A DNA stretch of 64,000 nucleotides from the human T2T-CHM13v2.0 reference genome, Homo sapiens. The notes under the pieces are model-generated. The model saw only the letters and a program-made list of their open reading frames with translations. It did not search any database and was not told the DNA's origin. The translations under genes and the position numbers were made by a program. Each line of letters begins with the position of its first letter. The first letter of the stretch is position 1. This document shows positions 39,735-52,584 of this stretch, one piece after another. The stretch lies in NCBI RefSeq assembly GCF_009914755.1, contig NC_060926.1; one strand, written 5' to 3'.

Positions 39735-40160
39735 TTGCAATCAGAGACCTTGGAGTCTAGTGGGAGAGAAAGATATGAATATTAATGAGGCTTATAAAAG
39801 ACAGAGTGTGGTGTATATGCTAGAAGAGAGATGACAAAGAGGGACTGTGGGAACAGAGCAGGAGAAGGAATGCAGGCTGAGGAAAGCAGAGAAGTCTTCA
39901 TGGAAGAGAAGGCATTTGCTCTGAGCCCTGAAAGGATGTGGAAATTGGAGGAAATGATGTGGGCAAAGATCCAAGTGGCAGGTCCTCTGTGATCCAGGGA
40001 GCTCCAAGCTGTGTGTCCCAGGACTGTGTAAAAGCCCATGCCCCTCAGAAATAAGGGCAGATTAGCAAGTGCTGAAGAGCACTGTGAGGCTGAGCAACAG
40101 TGCGTGGGAGGTGGGAAGACTGCAATTAGTGAAAGATGAGGCTGGAAAGGTGGGTTTGAG
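39735..40160 (-). mobile_element. L2 LINE fragment
   Basis: ttggagtctagtgggagag...gtcttcatggaagagaaggcatttg...ctgaaaggatg...agatgaggctggaaagg. Confidence 0.65.
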
Positions 40161-40164
40161 CCAG

Positions 40165-40420
40165 AAGAGCATCAGTGTGAGATGTGCAGACTCTGGAGCC
40201 AGACCACAGATATACCAGCTCTGCGTCTTTGGTGTCATGCAATGTTGGTAAATTACTTAACCTCTCTGTACTTCAGTGTCCTCATTTATAACACGGGGAT
40301 GACAGTTGCCTATCTCATAGGGTGGTTATGAGAATTAAATGAGTTACTACCTATAAAGCACTTAGACCAGTACCTGGGATATGGTTAGAGTTCAGTAATT
40401 GGTGGGTATCACCATCACTG
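40165..40420 (+). mobile_element. MIR SINE
   Basis: gactctggagccagac...aattacttaacctctctgtacttcagt...gaattaaatgag. Confidence 0.88.
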
Positions 40421-40859
40421 TCATTGTCATCATCATTAATATTACCTTTAGGGATATTTAGATGCCATGCTGGAGATTCGAGCTCTACAGAAGAAACAGT
40501 GATCCAAAGCTACAGCATAGTCAAAGTACTACTTTATGAAGATGACTTTAGTGAATTTATGTCAAAAAGGAACATGGCTTTTAACTACCACCAGAAATAG
40601 GGGAAATTTAGGTTACAGAAAAGAAAGATCAATTTGCCAGATAAAGTAAAGATCCGTGTTATGGCCAGTAAAAATTGTGTTGGCAGTTTTTGTTTTCCAG
40701 CTATATAAGGAATAGATAAATGCATTCTGGTCATAAAAATATAACAACTGCTGAGGCAAATAGAATTTAAAAAATGAAAGCTCCCTGTCTCCCAGCTCCC
40801 AGGCTCACTTTTGTCTAATTCACAGTTTATGATTTAGACAAGTGTTCCCAAGCTTGTTT

Positions 40860-41280
40860 CTAAACACTTATAATTTTAAGTACATAAAAGTTTTAAGCTG
40901 CCCATTTTAAAATTTTTCTTTAACAATATATTTAAAGATATTCACATGTAGTACAATAGATCTGTTTCATCCCTTTTAACTGCTGCATAATATTCCAGAT
41001 ATGGTTATTCCTTACCTCACTTCATTAATCATTTTATTCATGAACATTTAGGTTATTTCCCATTTTTCATTTTTATAAACCAGAATGCAATGGATTGTTC
41101 TACATATGCTTTTGTACATATATATGGTTAGATATCTATCTCTGCAGGTCAGATACTCAGTAAGAGAATTGCTGCTTAAAAGAATATAACCTTAATTTTT
41201 GACAGACTCTGCAAAGTTGGCCTCTGAAAAGTTGGTACCAAGTTACATAACCATCAAAAATGAGTGAGTGTTCTTTAATA
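40860..41280 (-). mobile_element. L1ME fragment
   Basis: ttttaactgctgcataatattcc...gaacatttaggttatttcc. Confidence 0.7.
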
Positions 41281-41376
41281 ACTCAAAGTTTAAAGTAATA
41301 ATCAGGTTCAAATTCTAGACTATTTATATAATTGCTTTACTATATAATTTACTATATACTTGCTTTACTACCCTAG

Positions 41377-41548
41377 ACTGATAATTTTTAAACCTTTTGG
41401 GGTCCCACATCATTTTGAGAGCCTGATAAAAATTATGGATTCTGTCTAAAGAAAAAAAAACACACAGGCACAAATATACTGAACTTTTACATTTCACTGG
41501 ATGTTTCATAGCCCCAAAAAGCTTGGCTCTAGATTAAGAACCTCTATT
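41377..41548. mobile_element. hAT-Charlie MITE (MER103-like)
   Basis: ttttaaaccttttggggtc...gattaagaacctct terminal inverted-repeat pattern. Confidence 0.5.
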
Positions 41549-41959
41549 CTGGATAATCCAAAGGTTGTGCATTTTTGTGTGTGATGAGTGAGCCTTGCCA
41601 CCAAGCATTGAATATCTTTGTGCGCCCTGCTGAGAACCCTTTACATTCCCTTGCTTTTCTACCTAAAACAGTTGGCATGAGATTGGGCAGAGCAGTTGTC
41701 CCTTTCCTCTGCTGCACCTCCATCTGGGAGAGGAAAGTCTGCTTTCACATATATCTTATTCAAGCCCTTTTGTTCCTCAGCTCTCAGTGAGCATGCTTGT
41801 GTCTGAGTGTGCAGTGTGTGTGTGTGTTTGCTCATACACCTATGTTCAGGGAAGGGCTCTGCAGCATCTTAACATAAAACCGGGCTGACTGGGTGCAAAC
41901 TTCCAACGCTGACACCAACCAGCTATGTGACCTTGAGGAAGTCATTTAACTATATTGAC

Positions 41960-42146
41960 CATACTGGCCAATAGAATTTTCTGCATCAATGGCAATGTTC
42001 TATAATCTGTCCTGTCCAATATAGTAGTCCCTAGCCATATATGACAATTGATCGCTTGCTATGTGGCTAATGTTACATATGAGAGATAATTAATTTAAAT
42101 TAAAATAACCACATATAGCTCACAGTTATTATTTTGGGAGGTACAA
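41960..42146 (+). mobile_element. MER3 (hAT-Charlie) nested in a MIR
   Basis: tggccaatagaattttctgc...ctgtccaatatagtagtccctagccat; MIR pieces at ~41880-41955, ~42150-42230 and ~42600-42670. Confidence 0.8.
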
Positions 42147-42232
42147 ATCTGATGTATTAGTTTTCTTACCTGCCAAATAGAAATAATAATAGTTCCTGCC
42201 TTATGTAAGTATTGTTAGAAATACACAAATTA

Positions 42233-42550
42233 GGCCGGGTGCAGTGGCTCACACCTGTAATCCCAGCAATTTGGGAAGTCAAGGCAGACGGATCACCTGA
42301 GGTCAGGAGTTCGAGACCAGTCTGGCCAACATGGTGAAACCTCATCTCTACTAAAAATACAAAAATTACCCGGGCATGGCGGCATGCACCTGTAATCCCA
42401 GCTACTCAGGAGGCTGAGGCAGGAGAATCGCTTGAACCCGGGAGGCAGAGGTTGCAGTGAGCCATTGCACTCCAGCCTGGGCAGCAGAGGGAAACTTCAA
42501 CTCAAAAGAAAAAGAAAAAGAAACAGAAACAGAAACAGAAACAGAAAAGA
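42233..42550 (+). mobile_element. AluSx-like with (GAAAMA)n tail
   Basis: Full Alu; TSD acaaatta. Confidence 0.93.
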
Positions 42551-42724
42551 AACAAATTATACATATATACACATATACATATATGCACATAAATATGTAC
42601 ATATAAGGTACTTAGGACAGCACCTGGTACCTAGCAAGTGCTACGTAAGTATTTACAATTACTATTATGGAACACTAGTGATAAAGTATCACTAGTATTA
42701 CTAGAACCACTAGTATGATAAAGT

Positions 42725-43240
42725 TATTGAGAAAGAAACAAACATGATACATCGCTTCCACCTTCAAGGAACTTAAAATCTAATTGAGGAGACAATATAT
42801 TCACGTATGTGTGTGTAAGTTATATTTATATGTGTACACACTCAGTAGCACCAATGTTAAGTGATATTTTAAGTAAAAAACTTGTGCCATGTGTGTCAAA
42901 ATAGTACCAAAGGAAGAGATAATAAACTGAACTCCTTTGTGGAAGCATTCTGAATTGAACTACTGAACTGGACTACTGAACTTAAAGGATATACAGGAGT
43001 TATTTAATCAAAAAGGGAAAAAATATTCAAAAAATAAAGCTGGAAGTATAATGGAAATGACAAAGGTTCATTGGAGGACACAGAGTAGGCCTGTGTGGCA
43101 GGCAGGTTAATGGAAGTTTCTAATAATTAAAATGTTAGGGTAGGACAATTGGAGTCAGATGGCCAGAGGTCTTCAATGTCGGGATAAGGAGATGAATTCA
43201 TTCACCAGACAAAGGAAAAACATTTGAAGATTTTGAGGGT
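42725..43240 (-). mobile_element. L2 LINE fragment
   Basis: ccttcaaggaacttaaaatctaattgaggagac...aaaacatttgaagattttgag. Confidence 0.6.
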
Positions 43241-44874
43241 AGGCACAGTAGAACCCTCTAGAATCAACAGGAGAAAGCAGGAGAAAAGAAAGGTGGACTG
43301 CAGACATTTAAAAAATATGTCAGAAAAGTGGGGTCGGAGCAAGGAGGACCAGGGACTGGCAACTAGTGTTTCCTTCTTGGGAAGGAATGTCCTTTCCAAA
43401 TTTCTCCCCGTACGTTCGTTCCTTATTCCCTCTACTGGAGACTATAAAACTCCTTCCTACAACCTGCCCTTCTGTCTACAGTGATCCTTTGAGCTTCCTC
43501 ACTGACCTTGCTCTATTTATTCCTTTATCTCTTCTCTCAAGGACAGATTGCTTAAATGTTTGTTTGTTTTTGCTGTTGTTCTGTCGTTTTGATTATAGAA
43601 GTAACAAGTACTCAGAAAATTTTTTAAGTACTGAAAACGTTAAAAGTACAGAAAAAAATACTAACTCCTACCACCAAGATTGATTGCATCTTTAGTCTGA
43701 AATGTTCACTATGTACAGAATTTCTTTATTCATTCTTCAATGCATTTCTTCCTGAAATACTTGGATCAAGACTGAGCCTTTTACAACATGCCCAAAGAGC
43801 CTAATACAGTACTTTACATCTGACAGAAGTTTAGTAAGTGTTCTTCAAATGAATAAAGAATGGGTGGAAAGTTACTCAGAATTTCATATGCCACAACTTA
43901 CTTGAAAAGTATGGCAATTTCACGCCAAATACTTTATTATGAATCACTCTGGGAAATCTATACCTATTATAAACATTTTATCATTTCTTCCTTAACATAT
44001 AAATGAAAGTAAAACCCATTTCTATGGATGCATAGAAAAACATAAAAGTAGGTGAACGAGGATGCCCACATTCTTTTATTCATATTTTGCTCACACCAAC
44101 GAATCAAGCCAGTGTCTAAGTGACTTATACAATACCTGACTATTGACAAACACACGCTCTTTGTGGATAGTTCTGCATGCTCTGTTGAGTTTCACTGTTG
44201 ATAGCTACTAAAAATCACTCAACCAGACAAGTCCACCCAAATGAAGAAGCTCGTTTATAGCTGTTAGACACATAGCACTAAACTCAAACCCCAAATCTTC
44301 CCTGATTCATTTAGGTCAAAAACGCTGAAGGATTAGGTGTGAGTCTTGCATTCTTGGTCACAAAATCAAGGGTACAAGTTTGGTTCTGCCCATGGGTTTT
44401 AGTCACCTCATAAAATTGAGATGGATTTGGAAGTACTTTGCTCTATCAGAGCTTTCCATCAGCAGGCCTACCGAACATCAAATAAATTTGTGATGACTCT
44501 CAAGAGGGCAGCTAATAAACAAGATAAAATCTTTCTTTTGTGAGCTTCAATGGGTAATACAGTTGAAACATGGAGTTACATATTAATAAAAGAGAGTCAT
44601 TTAGTTTATTACAAAGGTACACCGGATAGTCACAGCAAACACTAAATATGGCAAAATCAATAAACTAAAAAATGTTATTTAATCACTTTTATTTGCAGTG
44701 AGCTTCAACACCTGTCATTTTTTAAAAAACTTCTGAATAGCTGTTAAATAGAAGAATAGAATTTGGGCTCATTATCAACATGTGCTTGCATTTAATGTAC
44801 TCCATTATTATTACATGAAGTCACATATATCACAAGTTATATATATATTTAGGAAGTCAAATATATTCTACAAC

Positions 44875-45167
44875 TAATATTATATATGCATTATTTATAT
44901 ATAATATATATAAATATATGTTGTATTATATATTATATATTATATTTTATATAATATATATTATATATTATATTTATATATTATATATAATATATATTAT
45001 ATTATATGTATATATTATATATAATATATATTATACTATATGTATTATATATTATATATAATATATATTATATTATATGTATAATATATTATATATAAAT
45101 GTATATTATATATAATATTATATATTATATAAATATATATTATATATTACATAAATATATATATATT
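44875..45167. repeat. AT-rich low-complexity (TA/TATAT)n tract
   Basis: About 290 bp almost purely A/T. Confidence 0.95.
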
Positions 45168-45179
45168 TAGTCCACTGGG

Positions 45180-45527
45180 TGCAGTAGACTAAATATTTGG
45201 GTTCCCCCCAAATTCATGTTGAAATCCTAATGCCCAATGTGATGACATTAGGAGATGGGGCCTTCGGGAGATGATTAGGTAAAAAGGGTGGAGCTCTCAT
45301 GAATGAGACTAAGGCCCTTATCAAAGGGACCTCAGACAGCTCTCACCCTCTTTTCACCACATGAGGATAAAGCAAGAAACTGGCTGTGAACCAGGAAGCA
45401 GCCAGACATCAAATATTCTAGCCCCTTGATCTTGGACTTCCCAGCCTCCAGAACTGTGAGGAATAAATGTTTGTTGTTTAAGTCACCCAGTCCATGGTAT
45501 TCTGTTATAGCAGCCTGAATTAAGACA
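45180..45527 (+). mobile_element. MLT1A0 solo LTR, complete (left arm of inverted duplication)
   Basis: TG...taagaCA termini, MLT1A0 body, imperfect 5-bp TSD ctggg/ttggg. Confidence 0.9.
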
Positions 45528-45569
45528 TTGGGACAAAGCCAATTTAGGAAGTCAAATATATTCTACAAC

Positions 45570-45712
45570 CAATATATATTATATATATTTATATAAATAT
45601 AATATAAATTTTATATATAAAATTTATATATTTATATATAAATATATATAAATATATTCATGTATATATTTATATATATTTACGTATAAATATATACATA
45701 ATATATATATAT
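45570..45712. repeat. AT-rich spacer containing a perfect 28-bp palindrome (45602-45629)
   Basis: atataaattttatatataaaatttatat is its own reverse complement. Confidence 0.9.
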
Positions 45713-45719
45713 AGCAGCT

Positions 45720-46062
45720 TTAATTCAGGCTGCTGTAACAGAATACCATGGACTGGGTGACTTAAACAACAAACATTTATTCCTCACAGTTCTGGAGACT
45801 GGGAAGTCCAAGATCAAGGGGCGGAATATTTGATGTCTGGCTGCTTCCTGGTTCACAGCCAGTTACCTGCTTTATCCTCATGTGGTGAAAAGAGGGTGAG
45901 AGCTGTCTGAGGTCCCTTTGATAAGGGCCTTAGTCTCATTCATGAGAGCTCCACCCTTTTTACCTAATCATCTCCAGAAGGCCCCATATCCTAATGTCAT
46001 CACATTGGGCATTAGGATTTCAACATGAATTTGGGGGGAACCCAAATATTTAGTCCACTGCA
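45720..46062 (-). mobile_element. MLT1A0 LTR, inverted near-identical copy (right arm)
   Basis: Reverse complement of 45180-45523 with about 9 differences; lacks the terminal gaca. Confidence 0.92.
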
Positions 46063-46457
46063 CCCAGTTAAAGGGGTTTTGCTGCTTTTGCATTTTAATT
46101 CTACTCTTTTCATCTCTGACTTTTCTTATGGCTTTTCTTTTTTATTCTACTTTCAACATCTTGAATTAGCAATGACTGATTCCTTATTTTTCATGTATAA
46201 TTCTTTATAACATTGTTCCAGTTGATTCTTAAAGTCCCTTAGTAAGCTGACCACAGCTATATTTCCAAACAAACTTCCATTTTTTTTCTCAATCTGCTGC
46301 AGTCAAGGCTATCTTACCCACCTTTCTCACCTCTCTCGCCCATTTATGACATAAAGAGCTTTCTCTTGTCTAAACTTCCATTTCCCATAAACTCACCATA
46401 AGCAGTTAGCTAATTGCTTCACAGGCTTTCTTTTCCTTGTTCTGTTTTGTTTTTTGC

Positions 46458-46945
46458 TTTTTTGAGGTATAATTTACATACTATACAATTCATACTTTTA
46501 AAATGGACAATGTAATGGTTTTTACAGTATTCCCAAACTCGTGAACCCATCATCATTATCTAATTCCAGAACATTTTCATCATTCCAAAAATAAATTTAT
46601 ACCCATTAGCAGTCACTCCCCATTTCTCCTTCCTTCTAGACCCTTAAAACCACTAATCTACTTTATCCTCCAACTTTTGTTTTTCAACATTGCTTTGGCT
46701 GCTGTGGTTTTCTTACATTTCCATGTGAATTTTAGGATCAATTTCTTTTAAAAAACCAACTGGGATTTTGACAAAGATTGAATCTGTGGCTCAATTTGGT
46801 GAGTACTGCTATCTTAATAATATTATCTTACAATCCATAAACATGGATGTCTTCCCATTTATTTAGGTCTTCATTAGTTTCTTTCCGTAATGTTTTAAAG
46901 TTTTCAGTGTACAAGTTAAGCACTTCTTTTTCTGAAAAATTTATC
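46458..46945 (-). mobile_element. L1MB fragments (3' end joined to an ORF2 piece)
   Basis: tgaggtataatttacatac...agcagtcactcccc...accactaatctacttt, then ttccatgtgaattttaggatca...tttatttaggtcttc. Confidence 0.8.
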
Positions 46946-47102
46946 ATGGGCTTTAGTTTTGAATCTCTCTAACTCAAGTATAAGTTTCTACGTATAAAGT
47001 ATCATGGCTTCTTTCCCTTTTAAATTCATTGTGCAACTGTTAGTTCTTGCACTGGTTTTTAAAATAAAGAATAAACACTTTCCATCAAAATTTAAAGCTT
47101 CT

Positions 47103-47400
47103 GGCCAGGCATGGTGGCTCACACCTGTAATCCCAGCAATTTGGGAGGTCAAGACGGGCAGATCATTTGAGGTCAGGAGTTTGAGACCAGCCTGATCAAC
47201 ATGGGGAAACCCTATCACTACCAAAAATACAAAAATTAGCTAGGCATGGTGGCAGGTGCCTGTAATCCCCACTACTCAGGAGGCTGAGGCAGGAGAATCT
47301 GCTTAAACCCAGGAAGCAGAGGTTGCAGTGAGCTGAGATGGCACCACTACACTCCAGCCTGGGTGAGATAGAGTGAGATGCCATTTCAAAAAAAAAAAAA
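47103..47400 (+). mobile_element. AluSx-like
   Basis: Full Alu; perfect TSD aaaatttaaagcttct. Confidence 0.95.
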
Positions 47401-48356
47401 TTTAAAGCTTCTTCCTTAAATATGGCTTTCATACCCAGAGCACTATATGCTTTCCTACTCCATGTCTTTGCTCTCTCTTCTTCCCACTTAGAATGGCTTG
47501 TCTCCTCAACTCTGCTGGCAGAGTCCTTAGGATTTTTAAGATGTTGATTAACTGTTACCTTGTTCATGAAACATTCTCACCATTTCCTCTTCCTCTCAAT
47601 ATTTTATTCATTCCTCAGATACAGCTAATTGCAGTAGATCTTTAATATAATATCATAGTTGCATATGATAGCTACTCGGTATGTAGGTCATCACTACTCC
47701 CAGAATATAAGCGTATTTCAGGGTTCTTCTTAGTCACCCTTCTATTCCCATACATCTTAGCCTATTACTTCCAAATTAGAATTGTTCAACTCACTTCTAT
47801 TGCCTAAATCCAAATAATGCAAAATAGAAAGTGACTACCAGGACACTGGATCATCATTTAACAAGCAACTTAAGTTTAATAAGCAACTTAAGCACTTTAA
47901 TTAGCTTTCTGTTGTGTTCCATAAAGTCCCTGTCCTGTTTCTAATTACTTCCTTTCCTATACCCTGCAGCAAACCCTTAGAAAGTTTTTCCAACCAGATT
48001 CAACCAGATCTGTGTAAGAGACTGTGTTTTGTGGTACTACATATGGGTCACATAGTTTGTGAAATAACTCACTACGAAATGATTATTTCTTCCCCCTTTC
48101 ATTAAGCTCTATTAATCCAGATTGGAAAAAAGGTTCATGTTGACACTCTTCTGCCTAATTAACTTGTTTGAACTGTATTCAGCTCCATAGTGCTGATGTA
48201 TGATTTATCAGAAAGCCTCTAAGCTAAGTTATAAATGTAATGTTTTCAAATCTGCCTCAAGTACAATCACTCTAATGGTAAATACCAAATTATGTTCCAT
48301 TTGGGATACAAACCAAGAACATAAAAAGTAAGAATAAGAATTCTTAGCTGTGTTTA

Positions 48357-48770
<414 letters not shown>

Positions 48771-50062
48771 TCAGAATGCATTTTTACATCAATTTTTATA
48801 AGTTGATATCAAATTATTGTGAGATTTGATGTTTTACTGCTTTGTTTTGTATTTTTAAGGAGGTTGTTTTTAATTTTTTTAATGGCACTTAGCAGGTCTC
48901 TAAATGAAGTGTGACAGATGTTTTCACCAATTCACAGTATTTAGTGGCTGAGGGTGAGACACACAACTGTGATTCTAACAAGAATATGACACTGGAGAGG
49001 ATATCTATGAGATGACTGGCAGACTCCACACCAATGATCCTGACAGGTCAGTATTTTACTGGGAACTCACAAGACTAAGCCCCTCAAGGAAAAGGCCCAC
49101 ATCTAAGTTATTGTGTGTCTCTATGCTTAGCACAGCTCTTATTCCTCAGTAAGCACCTCATGCATGTTGAGCAACCAGGACCAAATTCCAGTTTTTATAT
49201 TTACTGTCCAACACATACTGAAGGCCTCTTGAGTGAAAAGCTCTATTTGAGTCATGGTGAGTAAATAAAAAAGGAAATGTCCTTGGTCACAAGCAAATTA
49301 CAATCTGATGGCACAGAAAAGAACAACACAAGAGAATATTTCGCACTACTAGAGAAATACATTGGCTTTCTTAATAACAGTTTAAAATTTTTGAATGATT
49401 CTTTTGTAGATTTTAAGGCACTGTTGTATACAATTCTTTTTAATGTTCCCAAGAAACTATGAAGAAAGTCTAATATTATTGAATCCATGGAACATATTGA
49501 TTCCAGAGCTGGAATAAGAATTTGCATGCTTTTTTCTTTCAGTGCTTCAGCTGCTTTTTTTGGATAATGCTTGGTTGATTACTGCAAGTTCTGCTGGTTT
49601 AAAACAGTCAAGACGTACATTCTATTCACATGATCACAGATATTAAGATCTCATTGTTCTTTAATTTTATATATGTTCAAGTTTAAATAACTCTTCTACT
49701 CTTTGACAAAATGTTTATTAGAGATTTGGGGTTGGGGGACATATGAGAGGGATTGCAGGAATGCTTTCAGACTACCTTCCAAATGACTCTTTACTCTAAA
49801 AGCTCTCCATTACCCACCAAACTAAGTCACTTAGCATCTATCTATTATCAAAATAAGTCACCTATTTTAGACCAAGGGATGGACCTTGATTCTTAGTAGA
49901 AGATATTTGACCACTGGATCTCAATCAATAAATCATCAAAACCATTTTTTCAACTTCTCACTTTCAAATTGTTGTTTTGATAATAATCACCTTTTTCAAA
50001 AATTATCAAAAATGATAATTTTTGGTGTGATCATCCATGTTTCCCTACATTGACTCCAAAAA

Positions 50063-50320
50063 ATAGTATATTGCAGTGGTTCTCAACATGAATTCAGGCA
50101 CCAGATCAGCTGAGTTTGAATCCTGTGCCATCGCTTATAAACTATGTAACTGGGCAAGTTTCCTAACCTCTGTGGGCCTTCCTTTCTTCATCTATAAAAT
50201 AAAGATAACAATAACACCAACTTCATAGAACTGTGGTGAGGATTAAGCAAATTACTATATCTAAAGTATTTGAAATAAAACTTGGCACAGAACAAATCCT
50301 TTCTATATTTTTGTTGTCAT
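50063..50320 (+). mobile_element. MIR SINE, near full length
   Basis: gcagtggtt...gagtttgaatcc...gggcaagtttcctaacctctgtg...gtgaggattaa. Confidence 0.88.
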
Positions 50321-51295
50321 TAGTAATTATATATTTCTAAAGTACGTGGCAGTCATATTGTATAAAGACTTCACAAAAATTTTGAGATCAATCAATAACA
50401 AGTTCAGCCTCATTACCTGCACCAAGTACCACAGATAGATTTAAGTTCCCACTACAAAAACAAGATCTGCAAAATTTCATATAAGGATGAAACTCTAATA
50501 CAGACCTTTTGCTCTTAAACATAACCATTTACCACATCTTCAATTTTCTACTTTCCCTTCAAGTCTGAATATATGTCACATATATTTTAAGATTTAATTC
50601 TAACTCCCTTAAAATATAATCATCAAGAAATACAATTGGAGAAGTATACCAATCACACTTCTACAATTGTCCTTCAAAAATTTTATTACATTAACCTTCT
50701 TTCTTTTTGTTCCTGTGAAGACTTCACATGAATATAGATCTGGGGAAATTAATACAGTTCACCCCTATTGGTAGTTCTTATTAATTTCTGTTAACTAAAT
50801 GTATGCAGCAATTTTTATTGGAAAATGTCTTTTCCTTTATTTTTCCACTTATGCTAACTGTGTTCTGGGAGAAGTGGCAACATTTCTTTTCAGAATCCTT
50901 TTCTTTTTTTAGGTTTGGGTTGAATCAAATGATGAAAGGAACTAAATAATACCACAGATGATACAGATGGCTTGCACCAGTGTGGCAATAGTTTAACTAG
51001 TAACTCTACAATTGCTGGACAATCTTTAATTTTTTTGTGATGACATTATTATTTTAAAGAAAAGTCAAACAAATACTTGGTTCTTTAAGATTTTCACAGC
51101 AGCACTTTATATATGCCCTATAAATTTTTATATAATTTATAATAAAATATGTGATATACTTTCTTTTCTAGATATGTTACTCAATCTGATATCAGAAAGC
51201 TTCAGCATGACTTAATTTTTGAAGTCAAAGCTTATGGGAAATAGCAGCAATTTCCAGTGACCTGATAATACAAAAGAAAACAGCATAAATATGTG

Positions 51296-51660
51296 TCTTG
51301 GAGCTAAGTGGGTGCTAGTGTAGGCCTTGTAAGTTAAAAGCAACATTTTATAATCTTGGCAAGATGTAATGGGTAGTCAAAGTAATGAAGCTAACCCAGG
51401 CATAATGATTAATCTCTGTGTGAGTCACGACCCTGGCAGCTGCATTCTAAATGAACTGCAATCTATATAATGCATTCTCAGGAAGACCAGACAACAAGAA
51501 GTTGCATTAGTCCACAGATGCAGATGGTAAGACTGCATGTAGAAGCATACTCAGCTCTGGCCTATAAGAGCAGAGGTCTAGGTTGAGCAATATTCATAAA
51601 AGGATAGTGAAGTTTCATGGATATTTACTGGCTCCAGTTTATCAAAACGAAGTGTGGCAT
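51296..51660 (-). mobile_element. Ancient L2-clade LINE ORF2/RT C-terminal fragment (non-mammalian-like)
   Basis: Minus-strand translation with 2 frameshifts: MNIAQPRPLL*ARAE / MLLHAVLPSASVD*CNFLLSGLPENALYRLQFI*NAAARVVTHT / IMPGLASLL*LPITSCQDYKMLLLTYKA. Confidence 0.8.
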
Positions 51661-52584
51661 TAACCCTTATCTGATTCAGCTAACAGCTGGAATATTTAAT
51701 GATGTCTCCATGGGAAAGGTAACAGAGTGGGATCTTGTAAGATTGGTAGGAGCATAAAAGCCATTCTGGATAAGAGATACAGCATAAACAAAGCTATCAC
51801 AGTGAGAATTCATAAGGTGTATTTGAGGCAAATTGACCACCTCTGCTAAGTGAAAGAATAAAATTGATGTTGAGAATGGTAAAAGACAAAAATGTCAAGT
51901 TTAGCCCATAAGTAAAACAATTTAGCAATCCTCCTTTAGAAAGGCTGGCAAGGCCTGTTGTAACTAAACAATGATAGGATGATTGGCATTATTATTTGGA
52001 GGAGGCTAGATATTGGCAAAGAACCTCATTGTTCTGGCAGACAGTTTTCAGAGTACACAAATAGATAATCTGGAGAATGGATCAGGAAACTTACAAGAGG
52101 GAATATTTTTCAGGTAGAAAAAATGGTAAGATGGGCTTCTTTATAACGACTAGACAATCTGCTTTGCAACAAAGACTCAAAGTTAGTACAGTGTCATGGA
52201 ATGGGTTCTGCACTGGATGACAGGGGACATGGAAATTAGTCCTGGCACTGCCAACACCTGGCTCAGGACCGATTTCCGTGGACTGCAGTTATCCATAAAA
52301 GAAAGATGTTGGGCCAGATGATTCCTGAGGACTCATCTTTGTACAACACTTACACATGACACTTTAAAACATGCCTATGCTGATGGTCAGAACCTCACTG
52401 CAGTCAGGAGCCATCATTCTGACAAATGCCCTTGAAAAATGCTCTCATTGTCTATCTATGTTTATACACTTTTATTTTCTAAGCACATATATGACTGCAA
52501 AAATAACCCCCAGTCTGAGTGTTCCAGTCTCATATCCAGCAAGGGAAGATGCATATGATGATGGTAACTAAGGACTATATATGT

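Noticed and set aside
49997-50024. 12-bp AT-rich hairpin (similar 10-bp one at 56869-56894)
   Set aside because: Short AT-rich stems like these are expected occasionally in such DNA, and there is no supporting context.
51176-51240. Superficial resemblance to miR-21 antisense
   Set aside because: It does not match the mature sequence and forms no pre-miRNA stem.
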